Shown here piece by piece: positions 1 to 8,731 of a DNA stretch of 57,519 nt. The position numbers were made by a program, and so were the translations under genes. The first letter of the stretch is position 1. Each line of letters opens with the position of its first letter. The DNA comes from Chthonomonadaceae bacterium (lineage in GTDB: Bacteria; Armatimonadota; Chthonomonadetes; Chthonomonadales; Chthonomonadaceae): positions 1 through 57,519 of the forward strand of contig DASRGZ010000123.1 of NCBI GenBank assembly GCA_035650735.1. The letters run 5' to 3'. Below the pieces are notes generated by a model. The model was given only the letters and a program-made list of their open reading frames with translations. It had not been told where the DNA came from and did not search any database.

Positions 1-302
1 CCGTTCCCCACTGCCAGGGTCGGCGCTACAATGGTTCGGGTCACTGCCAGGGTCGGGCCTGCAATAATTCGGCCCTCCGCCTTGCGACACCTTACGGCCC
101 TACTGCGTTCGCTTCGCTCACAGGGAAGGGGGGGACCCGACCTGAGATGGTTGCGGCCCTCACCTCCTGTCCCCCTCTCCCACGCTGCGGGCGAGGGGGA
201 ACGGAGAAGCCAGGGTTTGCCTCTGCCTGCACAGGCAGAGAGTCTCGCCCACGTAGGTGGGCAGCAGGCCGTAGGCCCCACAGCGGCAGGGTTTAGCCTG
301 CC
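1..302. repeat. Mosaic of REP-like hairpin modules containing two nested 45-bp units (10-97)
   Basis: Modules CCCTCACC..CCCCTCTCCC..GGG(A/C)GAGGGG, CTGCCTGCACAGGCAG, GCCCACGTAGGTGGGC and GGCAGGGTTTAGCCTGCC recur at 27849-28020, 45673-46011 and 53791-54097. Confidence 0.9.
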
Positions 303-346
303 AGGTAAGCAAGCTGTACTTACCTATCCTCTGAGGGGATCAGGTT

Positions 347-1363
347 TTACAGCCCCTTTTGGGCCAGGAAGTGGATCAGGTCGGCGATGCGGCAGGAGTA
401 GCCCCACTCGTTATCGTACCAGGACAGGACCTTGACCATGTTGCCGTCCGTCACCATCGTCTCCTGAGCATCCACGATGGAGGAGCGCGGATCGCCGGCG
501 TAGTCGCTGGAAACCAGTGGCTCATCGCTGACGCCCAGATAGCCCTTCATGCGCCCTTCGGCGGCTCGACGGAAGGCGTCGTTGACGGCCTCCTTTGAGA
601 CCGGCTTCTCGGTTTCCACAACCAGGTCTACCAGGGAGACGGTCGGGGTGGGGACGCGCAGCGCCAGGCCGTTAAGCTTGCCCTTCACCTCCGGGATGAC
701 CACGCCGAGCGCTTTGGCGGCGCCGGTGCTGGTGGGGATGATGTTCTGGCCAGCGGCGCGGGCGCGGCGCGGATCCTTGTGCGCCTGGTCGTTGACCTTC
801 TGGTCGTTGGTGTAGGAGTGCACCGTGGTCATCAGGCCGCTCTTGATGCCGAACTCGTCCTGAAGCACGCGCGTGATTGGCGCCAGGCAGTTCGTGGTGC
901 AGGAGGCGTTGGAGATGATCCGATGCTTGATTGGGTCGTACTTATCCTCATTGACGCCCAGGACGAGGGTGAGGTCCTCGTTCTTGGCGGGCGCGGAGAT
1001 AATGACCTTCTTGACCGTGGGCGCATGGAAGTGGGCCTGCGCCTTTTCCGCATCGGTGAACAGGCCCGTCGACTCTAGAACGATCTCGACGCCCTGCTCG
1101 TCCCAGGGAATCAGGGCTGGGTCTTTCTGGGCGTAGACGTAGATCTTTTTGCCGTTGATGATAAAGTCTTTGTCTTCGGCCTTGACCTCGCCCTCGAACT
1201 TGCCGTAGTTGCTGTCATGCTTGAACAGCAAGGCGTTGGTGGCGGCGTCGGTCAAGTCGTTGATGGCGACGACTTCGATGTCGTTGGGGTAGTACTCCAG
1301 GATGGCGCGCAGGGACAGGCGTCCGATGCGGCCAAACCCGTTAATGCCAACTTTCACAGCCAT
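347..1363 (-). CDS. gap: Type I glyceraldehyde-3-phosphate dehydrogenase
   Basis: [10 protein letters not shown], catalytic [16 protein letters not shown]; start moved to ATG 1363 (MAVKV) downstream of GAGGAGG. Confidence 0.98.
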   Translation of the reverse strand: MAVKVGINGFGRIGRLSLRAILEYYPNDIEVVAINDLTDAATNALLFKHDSNYGKFEGEVKAEDKDFIINGKKIYVYAQKDPALIPWDEQGVEIVLESTGLFTDAEKAQAHFHAPTVKKVIISAPAKNEDLTLVLGVNEDKYDPIKHRIISNASCTTNCLAPITRVLQDEFGIKSGLMTTVHSYTNDQKVNDQAHKDPRRARAAGQNIIPTSTGAAKALGVVIPEVKGKLNGLALRVPTPTVSLVDLVVETEKPVSKEAVNDAFRRAAEGRMKGYLGVSDEPLVSSDYAGDPRSSIVDAQETMVTDGNMVKVLSWYDNEWGYSCRIADLIHFLAQKGL

Positions 1364-1600
1364 TGTCGGTGGGTAGCCTCCTCGCAAAGCGTTGACAAAA
1401 CGTGCGGGTGTATAGAGAGCGGAGCGGGGCGCGAGCGCGCACTCCGGTACACATTAAAATAAGCAGGGCGCGAGCGGGCGGCGCAGAGTATCGGAAAACG
1501 CGCCCGATACGCGCCGCAAAAGGCCGCGCCTTGCAATCCATGCATACTCTGCATCCAATGCGACAGATTGCCTTTGTTCGCACGCTTGATCTTCCGTTCT

Positions 1601-1630
1601 ATTCTAGCATTTTTCCGGAAGGGGCGTCAA
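1601..1630 (-). promoter_or_regulatory. Putative sigma70 promoter of gap
   Basis: Minus strand TTGACG-18 bp-TAGAAT with extended -10 TG. Confidence 0.55.
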
Positions 1631-1647
1631 CGGCGCGAGGCGTTCCC

Positions 1648-2895
1648 TTATCGGCTCTCTCTAAGGAAGCGTTCGGGGCGGTAGGGGGCTAACAGGGGCG
1701 AGGGGCGTCCGATCACCATCTCCTCGGCCAGCAGGCGTGCCAGCAGCGGGCCGAGCGTAATGCCGCTGTGCGTCACGGCCATATAGACACCCTTCAGGCC
1801 GGGGATCTCGCCGACAATCGGCAGGCCGTCGGCGGGAACCGGGCGCACGCACACCCGCGCCGCCAGGCTTCCCATCAGGGCTTCGACCGGCAGGTTGGGG
1901 AGGGCCTGCGCCGCCCGCCGCAGCAAGGCAGCCGGGACTTCCGGGGGGAAAACGAAATTAGCCTCTCTGGGCGCGCTCTCCCGGAGGGTGCTGGCTGCCG
2001 GGTGCGTGTCGCCCCGCACTTCCCGGCTCTCTGAGATAAGGGCATCGGCGTCGTCGGCGCCAAGCAGCAGGCCGCCGCCGGGCGTGGGGCGCAGATGCAG
2101 GCCGCCGGCATCGGGCGGGTAGAGAACGCGCTGCGCCTGTTCCGGCGCAGATCCCGGCGGCGTCTCGACCAGCAGGCCCGGAACCGGCCGCACGGCAAAG
2201 CGCGCTGCGTCGGTCGGGTTGCCGGTGATCTGGGCCAGGAGTGCAGGCGTCTGTGCGCCGGCAGTCAGGACCAGCCGGCCCGTGGCGATGCGCCCCTCCG
2301 GCGTCTCCACCGTGGAGATAGCCATAATCAGGCCGCGCGTAAATCCGGTGGCCGGGCAGTATTCGCGTATATCGCCGTTGCGTTCGCGCGTCTGCTCCGT
2401 AAAGAACCGGATCAGGCGCGGCGTCTCCAGCCACTTATCCGCCGGCGCAAACAGCCCCTCCGCGCCCTCCCGCTCCGGAGACGCAAAATTGGCCTGCGGC
2501 TCCAAGGTCTGCATCTCCGCCGCATTAAGCAGGGCGACCGGATAGCCCCAGCCCTGAAGGCGGACGGCGCGCTGCCGCAGGCGCTCACGGCCCGCCTCGT
2601 CCGCGCCACCGGCCCAGAACAGCGATCCGCCCCCATGCAGCCCGATCCGTTCGGCGCTCCACTCCGCCGCCAGGTCATCGTAGCAGGCCAGGCCCCGGGC
2701 GTTCAGGCGGTGATAGGTTTCGTCCTCGTGCTTGGCGGTGGCGTTGATCCAGGCGAAGCTGCGCCCGGTCGTGCCGCCTCCCAGCGCATGGGCCTCCAGC
2801 AGCGCCACGCGCACTGTGCGCCGGCTCAACTCCCAGGCCAGCGCCGCGCCTAGAACTCCGCCGCCGATGATAACGACATCCGTCAGATCAGGCAT
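1648..2895 (-). CDS. FAD-dependent oxidoreductase (DAO/glycine oxidase-like)
   Basis: N-terminal VVIIGGGVLG FAD motif; C-terminal RPVPADGLPIVG and HSGITLGP. Confidence 0.85.
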   Translation of the reverse strand: MPDLTDVVIIGGGVLGAALAWELSRRTVRVALLEAHALGGGTTGRSFAWINATAKHEDETYHRLNARGLACYDDLAAEWSAERIGLHGGGSLFWAGGADEAGRERLRQRAVRLQGWGYPVALLNAAEMQTLEPQANFASPEREGAEGLFAPADKWLETPRLIRFFTEQTRERNGDIREYCPATGFTRGLIMAISTVETPEGRIATGRLVLTAGAQTPALLAQITGNPTDAARFAVRPVPGLLVETPPGSAPEQAQRVLYPPDAGGLHLRPTPGGGLLLGADDADALISESREVRGDTHPAASTLRESAPREANFVFPPEVPAALLRRAAQALPNLPVEALMGSLAARVCVRPVPADGLPIVGEIPGLKGVYMAVTHSGITLGPLLARLLAEEMVIGRPSPLLAPYRPERFLRESR

Positions 2896-4090
2896 TCTCG
2901 CTCGGGGATGCCTCTAGATAGCGCAGGGCTATCTGCGTGAACAGCTCCATGCCGTAGGAGAGAGCCGCATCGGCGAAGTTATAGCGGGGCGTGTGCAGGG
3001 GCGGCATCTCCTCGCCGACCCCCAGGCGGAACATCGTCCCCGGCGCATGGCGCAGATAGACCGCAAAATCCTCCGCGCCCATCGAGGGCGCCTCCAGGGT
3101 AACCACATTCCCTTCGCCCAGCACCTCCCGCCCGACCTCGGCGACCAGCGCGGTCATGCCCTCGTCGTTGACCGTGACGGGCGTGCCCTCCTGATACCGG
3201 AAGGCGTATTCGGCCCGCGCCGCTTCGCAGATCCCCCTGGCAATGCGCTCCAGGCGTTCCGGCATGGAGGCGCGCACGGCGTCGGAAAGGCAGCGCACCG
3301 TGCCCTTGATCTCGGCGGCACCGGGAAGGATGTTGTAGGCGGTGCCGGCGTGGAACTGCGTGACCGTGACGACCACCGACTCCACCGGAGAGATCTCGCG
3401 GCTGACGATGGTCTGTAGGGCCAGCACGATCTGCGCGCCGACGACGATGGGGTCTACGCTGATGTGGGGCATGGCGGCATGCGCGCCCCGGCCCTTGACC
3501 GTGATATCAAACGTGTCTGCGGAGGCCATCATCGGGCCGGAGCGCACGCCTATCTGCCCGACGCCCACGCCCGGCCAGCCATGTAGCGCGACGATGGCCT
3601 CCACGCCCTCCATCACGCCTTCCGCGCACATCCGCGCGGCCCCGCCTACCGTCTCCTCCGCCGGCTGGAAGAAGAATTTAACGGTGCCGCGTATCTGGTC
3701 GCGCAGTTGGGCCAGGACCGCCGCCGTGCCGAGCAGGGTCGCCGTGTGGCCGTCGTGCCCGCAGGCGTGCATGACGCCCGGATTGCAGGACTTGTAGGGC
3801 AGGTCGCTCTCTTCTTGGATGGGCAGGGCGTCCATGTCGGCGCGCAGAGCAAAGGTTGGCCCCGTCTCCGCGCCCGCCGCCGTGCCCCGCAGCGTGCCGA
3901 CCACGCCATACCCGCCCACGCCGGCCTGCACGTCATCCAGGCCCAGGGCACGGAGGCGTTCGGCCACGAAAGCCGACGTATTCTGCTCCTGGTGGCTCAG
4001 TTCCGGGTTCTGATGCAGGTAGTGGCGCGTCTCCACAATCTGCGGGGTTAGCGTGGCGATCACGTTTTTGATCAGGTCTGTGTTGGGCAT
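2888..4090 (-). CDS. M20D family amidohydrolase
   Basis: HQNPELS, LRADMDALP, MHACGHDGH, FQPAEE, GAEDF and LHTP motifs. Confidence 0.93.
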   Translation of the reverse strand: MPNTDLIKNVIATLTPQIVETRHYLHQNPELSHQEQNTSAFVAERLRALGLDDVQAGVGGYGVVGTLRGTAAGAETGPTFALRADMDALPIQEESDLPYKSCNPGVMHACGHDGHTATLLGTAAVLAQLRDQIRGTVKFFFQPAEETVGGAARMCAEGVMEGVEAIVALHGWPGVGVGQIGVRSGPMMASADTFDITVKGRGAHAAMPHISVDPIVVGAQIVLALQTIVSREISPVESVVVTVTQFHAGTAYNILPGAAEIKGTVRCLSDAVRASMPERLERIARGICEAARAEYAFRYQEGTPVTVNDEGMTALVAEVGREVLGEGNVVTLEAPSMGAEDFAVYLRHAPGTMFRLGVGEEMPPLHTPRYNFADAALSYGMELFTQIALRYLEASPSENA

Positions 4091-4103
4091 AAAGATAACC
4101 TCT

Positions 4104-4128
4104 TAAGGATGAAGGATGAAGGATGAAG
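4104..4128 (+). repeat. Tandem heptamer array (GGATGAA)x3, left arm of inverted pair
   Basis: TAAGGATGAAGGATGAAGGATGAAG; inverted relative to 4493-4539. Confidence 0.9.
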
Positions 4129-4138
4129 CTATTTTTGG

Positions 4139-4498
4139 CTACGCTCTTTTGATTCTCTTAACCATGGTCACCAAGATAGCGGTCAGTTGCTCCGTTTCAT
4201 TTCGTATGGATACCAGGCGTTCGTATGAGACGATCCCGGCGTCGCTTAATAGTTCCAGCCAATAGCCCGTTTCCTCCAATTCCTGTAAACCTCCCTCTAA
4301 TTTACTGATGAGGTCCGCATCAGATTTTGCACGCTGTGCTTCACGATAATGCGCGCCAACGGATGTTCCCGAACGTAACACCTGTCTCCCAAGCACCTGC
4401 GCTTCGGTGGTTTTCGGTAATGTCACATATAATCGTATGATCTGTAATGCAAACGCCTTGGTTCTCTCGCGTAAACTCCGCTCTGCCCCATCTTTCAT
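4139..4498 (-). CDS. Four-helix-bundle protein (23S rRNA IVP/TIGR02436-like)
   Basis: RTKAFAL..LGRQVLRSGTSVGAHYREAQRAKSDAD..ELEETGYWLELL signature; AT-richer than neighbours. Confidence 0.92.
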   Translation of the reverse strand: MKDGAERSLRERTKAFALQIIRLYVTLPKTTEAQVLGRQVLRSGTSVGAHYREAQRAKSDADLISKLEGGLQELEETGYWLELLSDAGIVSYERLVSIRNETEQLTAILVTMVKRIKRA

Positions 4499-4539
4499 CC
4501 TTCATCCTTCCGCCTTCATCCTTCATTCTTTATCCTTTA
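4493..4539 (-). repeat. Tandem heptamer array (TTCATCC)x6, right arm of inverted pair
   Basis: TTCATCC TTCATCC TTCCGCC TTCATCC TTCATTC TTTATCC; abuts the stop codon of the AKR gene. Confidence 0.9.
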
Positions 4540-5544
4540 GCGTAGCGCAATATTCGGATCGCGGGGGCGCGGGAGCGCGTACCAGGCATCGTCGCAGGCG
4601 GCCAATTCTTCCTCGTTCAGCGTGAGGTTGACGGCAGGCAGGCTGCCGTCCAACTGCTCCGGGCGGCTGGCCCCGACGATGGCCGAGGTGATGCCGGGCT
4701 GCTGCAATACCCAGGCGATGGCGACTTGCGTGAGCGGCTTGCCGCGCGGCGCGAAAAAGGCTTGCAGCGCCTCCACCGCCTGGAACTGCGCGTCCTGCCA
4801 GTAGCGGTCGTGGTAGAGGCGGGTGCGTCCCTGGAAGTAGTCGAAGCGGGTGCCGGACTCGGCCTCTGCGCCCCGGCGATATTTGCCGGTGAGGAAGCCG
4901 CCCGCCAGCGGGTTATAGGCGATGACGCCCAGGCCCTCCGCGCGGCACAGGGGCAGCAGCTCGTCCTCGATCTGGCGGAACAGCAGGTTATAGCGTGGCT
5001 GGACGCAGTCGTAACGGGCCAGGTTGAGCTTATCGCTGGTCCAGAGGGCTTTGGCTAACTGCCACGCCTGGTAGTTAGAGCAGCCGATATAGCGCACCTT
5101 GCCGCTCTTTACCAGGTCGTCCAGGGCGCGCAGCGTCTCATCAATGGGCGTCTCTGTGTCGGGCGAATGCGTCTGGTAGAGGTCTATGTAGTCGGTTTGC
5201 AGGCGGCGCAGGCTGTCCTCAACGGCGCGAAGGATATGCTTGCGGGAAAGCCCTTCCTCCCAGGGGCGCGGCCCCATCTTTCCCCGGCATTTGGTCGCCA
5301 GGATAAAATCCTCGCGCTTGCCCTTGAGCCACTTGCCGATGATCTCCTCCGTGCGCCCGACCGTCTCCGGCGCCACCGGCACCGGGTAGACGTCGGCGGT
5401 ATCAATGAAGTTGACGCCCGCCTCCGCCGCCTTATCCATGATGGCGAAGCTGGCCGCCTCGTCAGCCTGCGCGCCAAAGGTCATGGTTCCCAGACAGATC
5501 TCCGAGACTTTCAGCCCCGTCCGTCCCATGCGTCTGATCTTCAT
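4537..5544 (-). CDS. Aldo/keto reductase
   Basis: GRTGLKVSEICLGTMTFG, IDTADVY, LATK, IDLYQTH, GCSNY; ATG 5544 with GGAGG RBS. Confidence 0.95.
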   Translation of the reverse strand: MKIRRMGRTGLKVSEICLGTMTFGAQADEAASFAIMDKAAEAGVNFIDTADVYPVPVAPETVGRTEEIIGKWLKGKREDFILATKCRGKMGPRPWEEGLSRKHILRAVEDSLRRLQTDYIDLYQTHSPDTETPIDETLRALDDLVKSGKVRYIGCSNYQAWQLAKALWTSDKLNLARYDCVQPRYNLLFRQIEDELLPLCRAEGLGVIAYNPLAGGFLTGKYRRGAEAESGTRFDYFQGRTRLYHDRYWQDAQFQAVEALQAFFAPRGKPLTQVAIAWVLQQPGITSAIVGASRPEQLDGSLPAVNLTLNEEELAACDDAWYALPRPRDPNIALR

Positions 5545-5595
5545 GCTTGCCTCCATAGGTTGATGCCCGGCTGGTAATCCTGAGCGCTGGCTTCC

Positions 5596-5625
5596 ATTAT
5601 AACAGGTTGCGGTCTTCGGGGGCAA
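5596..5625 (-). promoter_or_regulatory. Putative promoter of AKR operon
   Basis: Minus strand TTGCCC-18 bp-TATAAT with extended -10 TG. Confidence 0.5.
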
Positions 5626-5691
5626 GCGCACGCATTGCTTCAGTAAAAACCTGCCTTTGAACTCGTTTTTCCTTCGGTGTGTTTTAAGGTA

Positions 5692-5721
5692 TTGACGGCA
5701 ACAATCCAATTATGTTATAAC
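5692..5721 (+). promoter_or_regulatory. Putative promoter of toxin-antitoxin operon
   Basis: TTGACG-18 bp-TATAAC with extended TG; GTTATAAC palindrome overlaps the -10. Confidence 0.6.
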
Positions 5722-5751
5722 CAAGTTAGCACGATAAAGGAGGCCACGTCT

Positions 5752-5979
5752 ATGACAAGGCTGCTGCAGCGACACGGGAACAGTTACGCGCTTGTCTTCG
5801 ATAAAACCATGCTGGAAGCGCTCAACATGACCCCGGAGACGCCTGTCCAGGTCACGCTTCACGGGAACGCTCTGATTATCACTCCCGTCAACGTGGGCGT
5901 GTCTCAGGAAGAGTTAGACGCCACCATTGCCCGGCTGCGCCCGCGCTACAAAAAGATGCTGGAGAATCTGGCCAAATGA
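5752..5979 (+). CDS. AbrB/MazE-family antitoxin
   Basis: LQRHGNSYALVFDK swapped-hairpin motif; AAGGAGG RBS; ATGA overlap with toxin gene. Confidence 0.9.
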   Translation: MTRLLQRHGNSYALVFDKTMLEALNMTPETPVQVTLHGNALIITPVNVGVSQEELDATIARLRPRYKKMLENLAK

Positions 5980-6386
5980 GCCAGGAGCCGATCCGCTTCT
6001 TGAGCCTGCAAAACGTCCTTCACATACATGAGGACACGCTGGCTCAGGAAGGCGGCACGCCGGGAGTGCGGGACGCGGGACTGCTGGCTTCTGCCGTGGA
6101 GATGCCCCAGGCGAGTTTTGGCGACCAATACCTGCACCGTGACTTAGCGGAGATGGCGGCGGCGTACCTGTTTCATATTTGCCAGAACCATGCCTTCGTG
6201 GACGGCAACAAGCGCACTGCCGCCTTCTCTTCTCTCCTCTTCCTGGCCCTTAACGGCGTTTCGGATGATCTACTGCCAGACGAGGACGAGTGGGAGGACG
6301 TAACGCTCAAGGTGGCAACCGGCGCCATGAAGAAACCGGAGATCGCCCAGTTTCTGCGCGAAAGAGGCATCGCTGAAAGACCCTAG
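5976..6386 (+). CDS. doc: Doc (Fic-family) death-on-curing toxin
   Basis: HAFVDGNKRTA Doc-type Fic motif; GVRDAGLLASA. Confidence 0.92.
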   Translation: MSQEPIRFLSLQNVLHIHEDTLAQEGGTPGVRDAGLLASAVEMPQASFGDQYLHRDLAEMAAAYLFHICQNHAFVDGNKRTAAFSSLLFLALNGVSDDLLPDEDEWEDVTLKVATGAMKKPEIAQFLRERGIAERP

Positions 6387-6404
6387 CGTAATCCTATGCA
6401 AAGA

Positions 6405-8114
6405 TTAAGGGCCGGACGGGGAGGCTGCCGCGGGCGGAGTGGGCAGCGGGGTGGGGGGAACTGTGACGGAGGGCGCGTTGAAGGTCTGGTGAGAGATGGA
6501 GTACTCACGCAGGTTGCCGTCGAGCTTGATGAGGTCAATGGCGCGAAGCTGGGGGCGTTTCGCGGAGACTGTCTGTTCGCTGTCGGCGCTCGGAGAAGCG
6601 GTATCCGTCGGCGCATTGGCGTCGGGAACGGTCGCCCGGTCGAAGGTGAGGACGGCGCAGGAGAAGGGCACGCCGGCCTCTTTCTCGAAGTAGCGCAGGC
6701 CCGCCGCCCCAGTCGTGCCCGCATTGCAGAGGATGGTGGTGTAAGCGGAGGTCATTCCGGGCGGCGCGGAGGCATCGGCGGCGCGGACAGCCGCGCCTGG
6801 CGGGGCGGTAGGCATCTCACCGGAAACGGGACCGGTATGGTACTCCAGGTAGAGGCGGTGCTCGTGGCCGCAGAGAATGAGCGGCACGCGGCCCCAGAGC
6901 GGACGCGACTCCTCCGGGTCGTGGATGGCGACGATATCGGGCGGCTGCGGCAAATTGACCACTGTGCGCAGCAGCGCCTCGCCGCCCGCCTGAAGCTCGG
7001 CGGGCGTGGTATCTACGCTGCCCGGCCCGGCGCGGTCGGAGGCCGGATTGGGCAATCCGAGCAGCCGGATGCCTTTGACGGTAACGACCTGGCCGTTGAG
7101 GAGCGTCACATTGGGAAGTTTTGCCAGGGCGGCGGCGACGGTGCGCGAGTCGTGGTTGCCGAGCACGAAGACGTAAGGGTAGGGCAGCTTCGCTATACCG
7201 CGTACCATCAGCGTTTCCGGTGGGCTGCCGAAATCGGTCAGGTCGCCGGTGTCCACGATCATATCTATATGAAATTGATTGGCGACTTCGTGGATGAAAT
7301 CCAGCGCCGCCAGATTGTTGTGCAGGTCGGAGACGTGCAGGATGCGGAAGGCGTGGGCGTTATCCTCCGGGGCCAGGCGGTCGGGGAGGGCAGCGATGCG
7401 CCCGTAGAGGACGTTGAGGTTGTTGGCGACGGTGACCAGCTTCTGCGAGAGCGCCTCGATCTTGGTGAAGGCGTCTTTGCCGAACTGGATGACCCAGGGA
7501 GCCTCTTTGAGCGTGCCGCTATAGGTAGGCGACTCGAAGGCTTTGCCGTTGAAGGTCGTGAGCGCGCTGCCCAGCGTTCCGCCGACAAGCAGCATGCCCA
7601 GCAGGCCGCTCAGGGCGTAGGCCCAGAGATGGCGGCTGCGGAGAAGAACGGGGGCCAGAAGCCCGCCCAGGCCCGCCATTAGAAGCTGGTGCGTGATGAA
7701 GTCGTTCAGATCCCGGCGGGCCACCCGCTCCAAATCGTGGGCCAGCATTTCTCGGGTGGGCGTGGATCGGATAAGTTTCTGGATCTCTTCGATGTTGAGG
7801 GCTTCGAGGCTGGCCACCAGGGTAATGGGCGCGGCGTGCGTGTGCGCCCGAACCTCCCCGAGCGGCGTCAGCACCAGGCGGGTCTGGCCTACGCTATCGG
7901 GCAGGAGGCGGACCTCCACCTCGAAGCCGTGCCAGGCGTAGCGGCTGCGGCCTAACACCGAAACCGCCATCACCGCCCCGGAGAGCGTCAGCATCACAAA
8001 CAGGAGGACAAACGCGATCCGCGCCGCCGGCCTGCGATACGCCGCCGGCCGCGCCCGCGCTCCTGCGGTTGTCTTGCCGCCTAACTTGGAGGACGCTACC
8101 GCCTCGTCTGCCAC
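6405..8114 (-). CDS. Membrane-anchored metallophosphoesterase
   Basis: HVSDLHN, DTGDLTD, LGNHD and GHEH calcineurin-like motifs; N-terminal hydrophobic segments; GTG 8114 with AGGGAG RBS. Confidence 0.88.
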   Translation of the reverse strand: MADEAVASSKLGGKTTAGARARPAAYRRPAARIAFVLLFVMLTLSGAVMAVSVLGRSRYAWHGFEVEVRLLPDSVGQTRLVLTPLGEVRAHTHAAPITLVASLEALNIEEIQKLIRSTPTREMLAHDLERVARRDLNDFITHQLLMAGLGGLLAPVLLRSRHLWAYALSGLLGMLLVGGTLGSALTTFNGKAFESPTYSGTLKEAPWVIQFGKDAFTKIEALSQKLVTVANNLNVLYGRIAALPDRLAPEDNAHAFRILHVSDLHNNLAALDFIHEVANQFHIDMIVDTGDLTDFGSPPETLMVRGIAKLPYPYVFVLGNHDSRTVAAALAKLPNVTLLNGQVVTVKGIRLLGLPNPASDRAGPGSVDTTPAELQAGGEALLRTVVNLPQPPDIVAIHDPEESRPLWGRVPLILCGHEHRLYLEYHTGPVSGEMPTAPPGAAVRAADASAPPGMTSAYTTILCNAGTTGAAGLRYFEKEAGVPFSCAVLTFDRATVPDANAPTDTASPSADSEQTVSAKRPQLRAIDLIKLDGNLREYSISHQTFNAPSVTVPPTPLPTPPAAASPSGP

Positions 8115-8153
8115 ACCCGACTCCCTATTTAACCACCCGCTGGAAAAGCATTG

Positions 8154-8275
8154 CAACAGGATTAACAGGATGGTTCAGGATTTACAGGATTAAGGCAAGA
8201 GACAGAGACACAAGCAGGGCTGGTCTGGTCTTTAGAAACCCTGTTGAATCCTGCAAAATCCTGTTAATCCTGTTG
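8154..8275. repeat. Inverted pair of tandem 9-10-bp (ACAGGATT-like) arrays with short loop
   Basis: CAACAGGATTAACAGGATGGTTCAGGATTTACAGGATT (8154-8191) inverted with 8237-8275. Confidence 0.9.
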
Positions 8276-8731
8276 GAGGTTTTTGGCTTCGGCCCGCTGC
8301 TTGATGGCGTTCAGCGTCGCCTGGAGATTTTCGGTCATCTTCTTCTTGATCAAGCTTTTGACCATCGGTCCGATGAGCGGCACATTGTACTCGTAATCCA
8401 CTACCGAGTCGAAGCGGGTCCGGTTGTCGCCCTCCGCCGTGAACTGCCAGTAGCCTTCCATGAGATCCATGTCGCCCTGAAGCATCCTGAACTCGTCCCG
8501 GTGGGCCGCGTCGTCCCAGAGGTCTTCCTGTGTCCACTTGACCATCATCTTGAACTCACGGATCAGCCCGACCCACGCGGTCACGGTGCGCGCGCCATCC
8601 GGGCTGCGCTCCAGCACGCTCAGCGATTGCAGGTCGGCCATGAACTCCGGGAACGCCTCCACGTTTTTGGCGATCCGATAGACCCGCTCAATCGGAGCCT
8701 CGATCAGCACGCTCTGTTCGATTCGCGGCAT
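8264..8731 (-). CDS. SRPBCC (Coq10/RatA-like, polyketide cyclase) family protein
   Basis: IEAPIERVY..NVEAFPEFM..GDMDLMEGYWQF START-like pattern. Confidence 0.88.
   Translation of the reverse strand: MPRIEQSVLIEAPIERVYRIAKNVEAFPEFMADLQSLSVLERSPDGARTVTAWVGLIREFKMMVKWTQEDLWDDAAHRDEFRMLQGDMDLMEGYWQFTAEGDNRTRFDSVVDYEYNVPLIGPMVKSLIKKKMTENLQATLNAIKQRAEAKNLQQD

Noticed and set aside
31..435. Short ORFs over REP mosaics (also 13917-14236, 45665-45892, 53767-54066)
   Set aside because: They are translations of repeat modules, with no RBS or protein features.
4139..4498. Diversity-generating retroelement (Avd-like protein)
   Set aside because: No reverse transcriptase and no TR/VR pair differing at adenines is visible in the window.
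6396..7682. 428-aa plus-strand ORF
   Set aside because: Antisense to the metallophosphoesterase; low-complexity, with no motifs.
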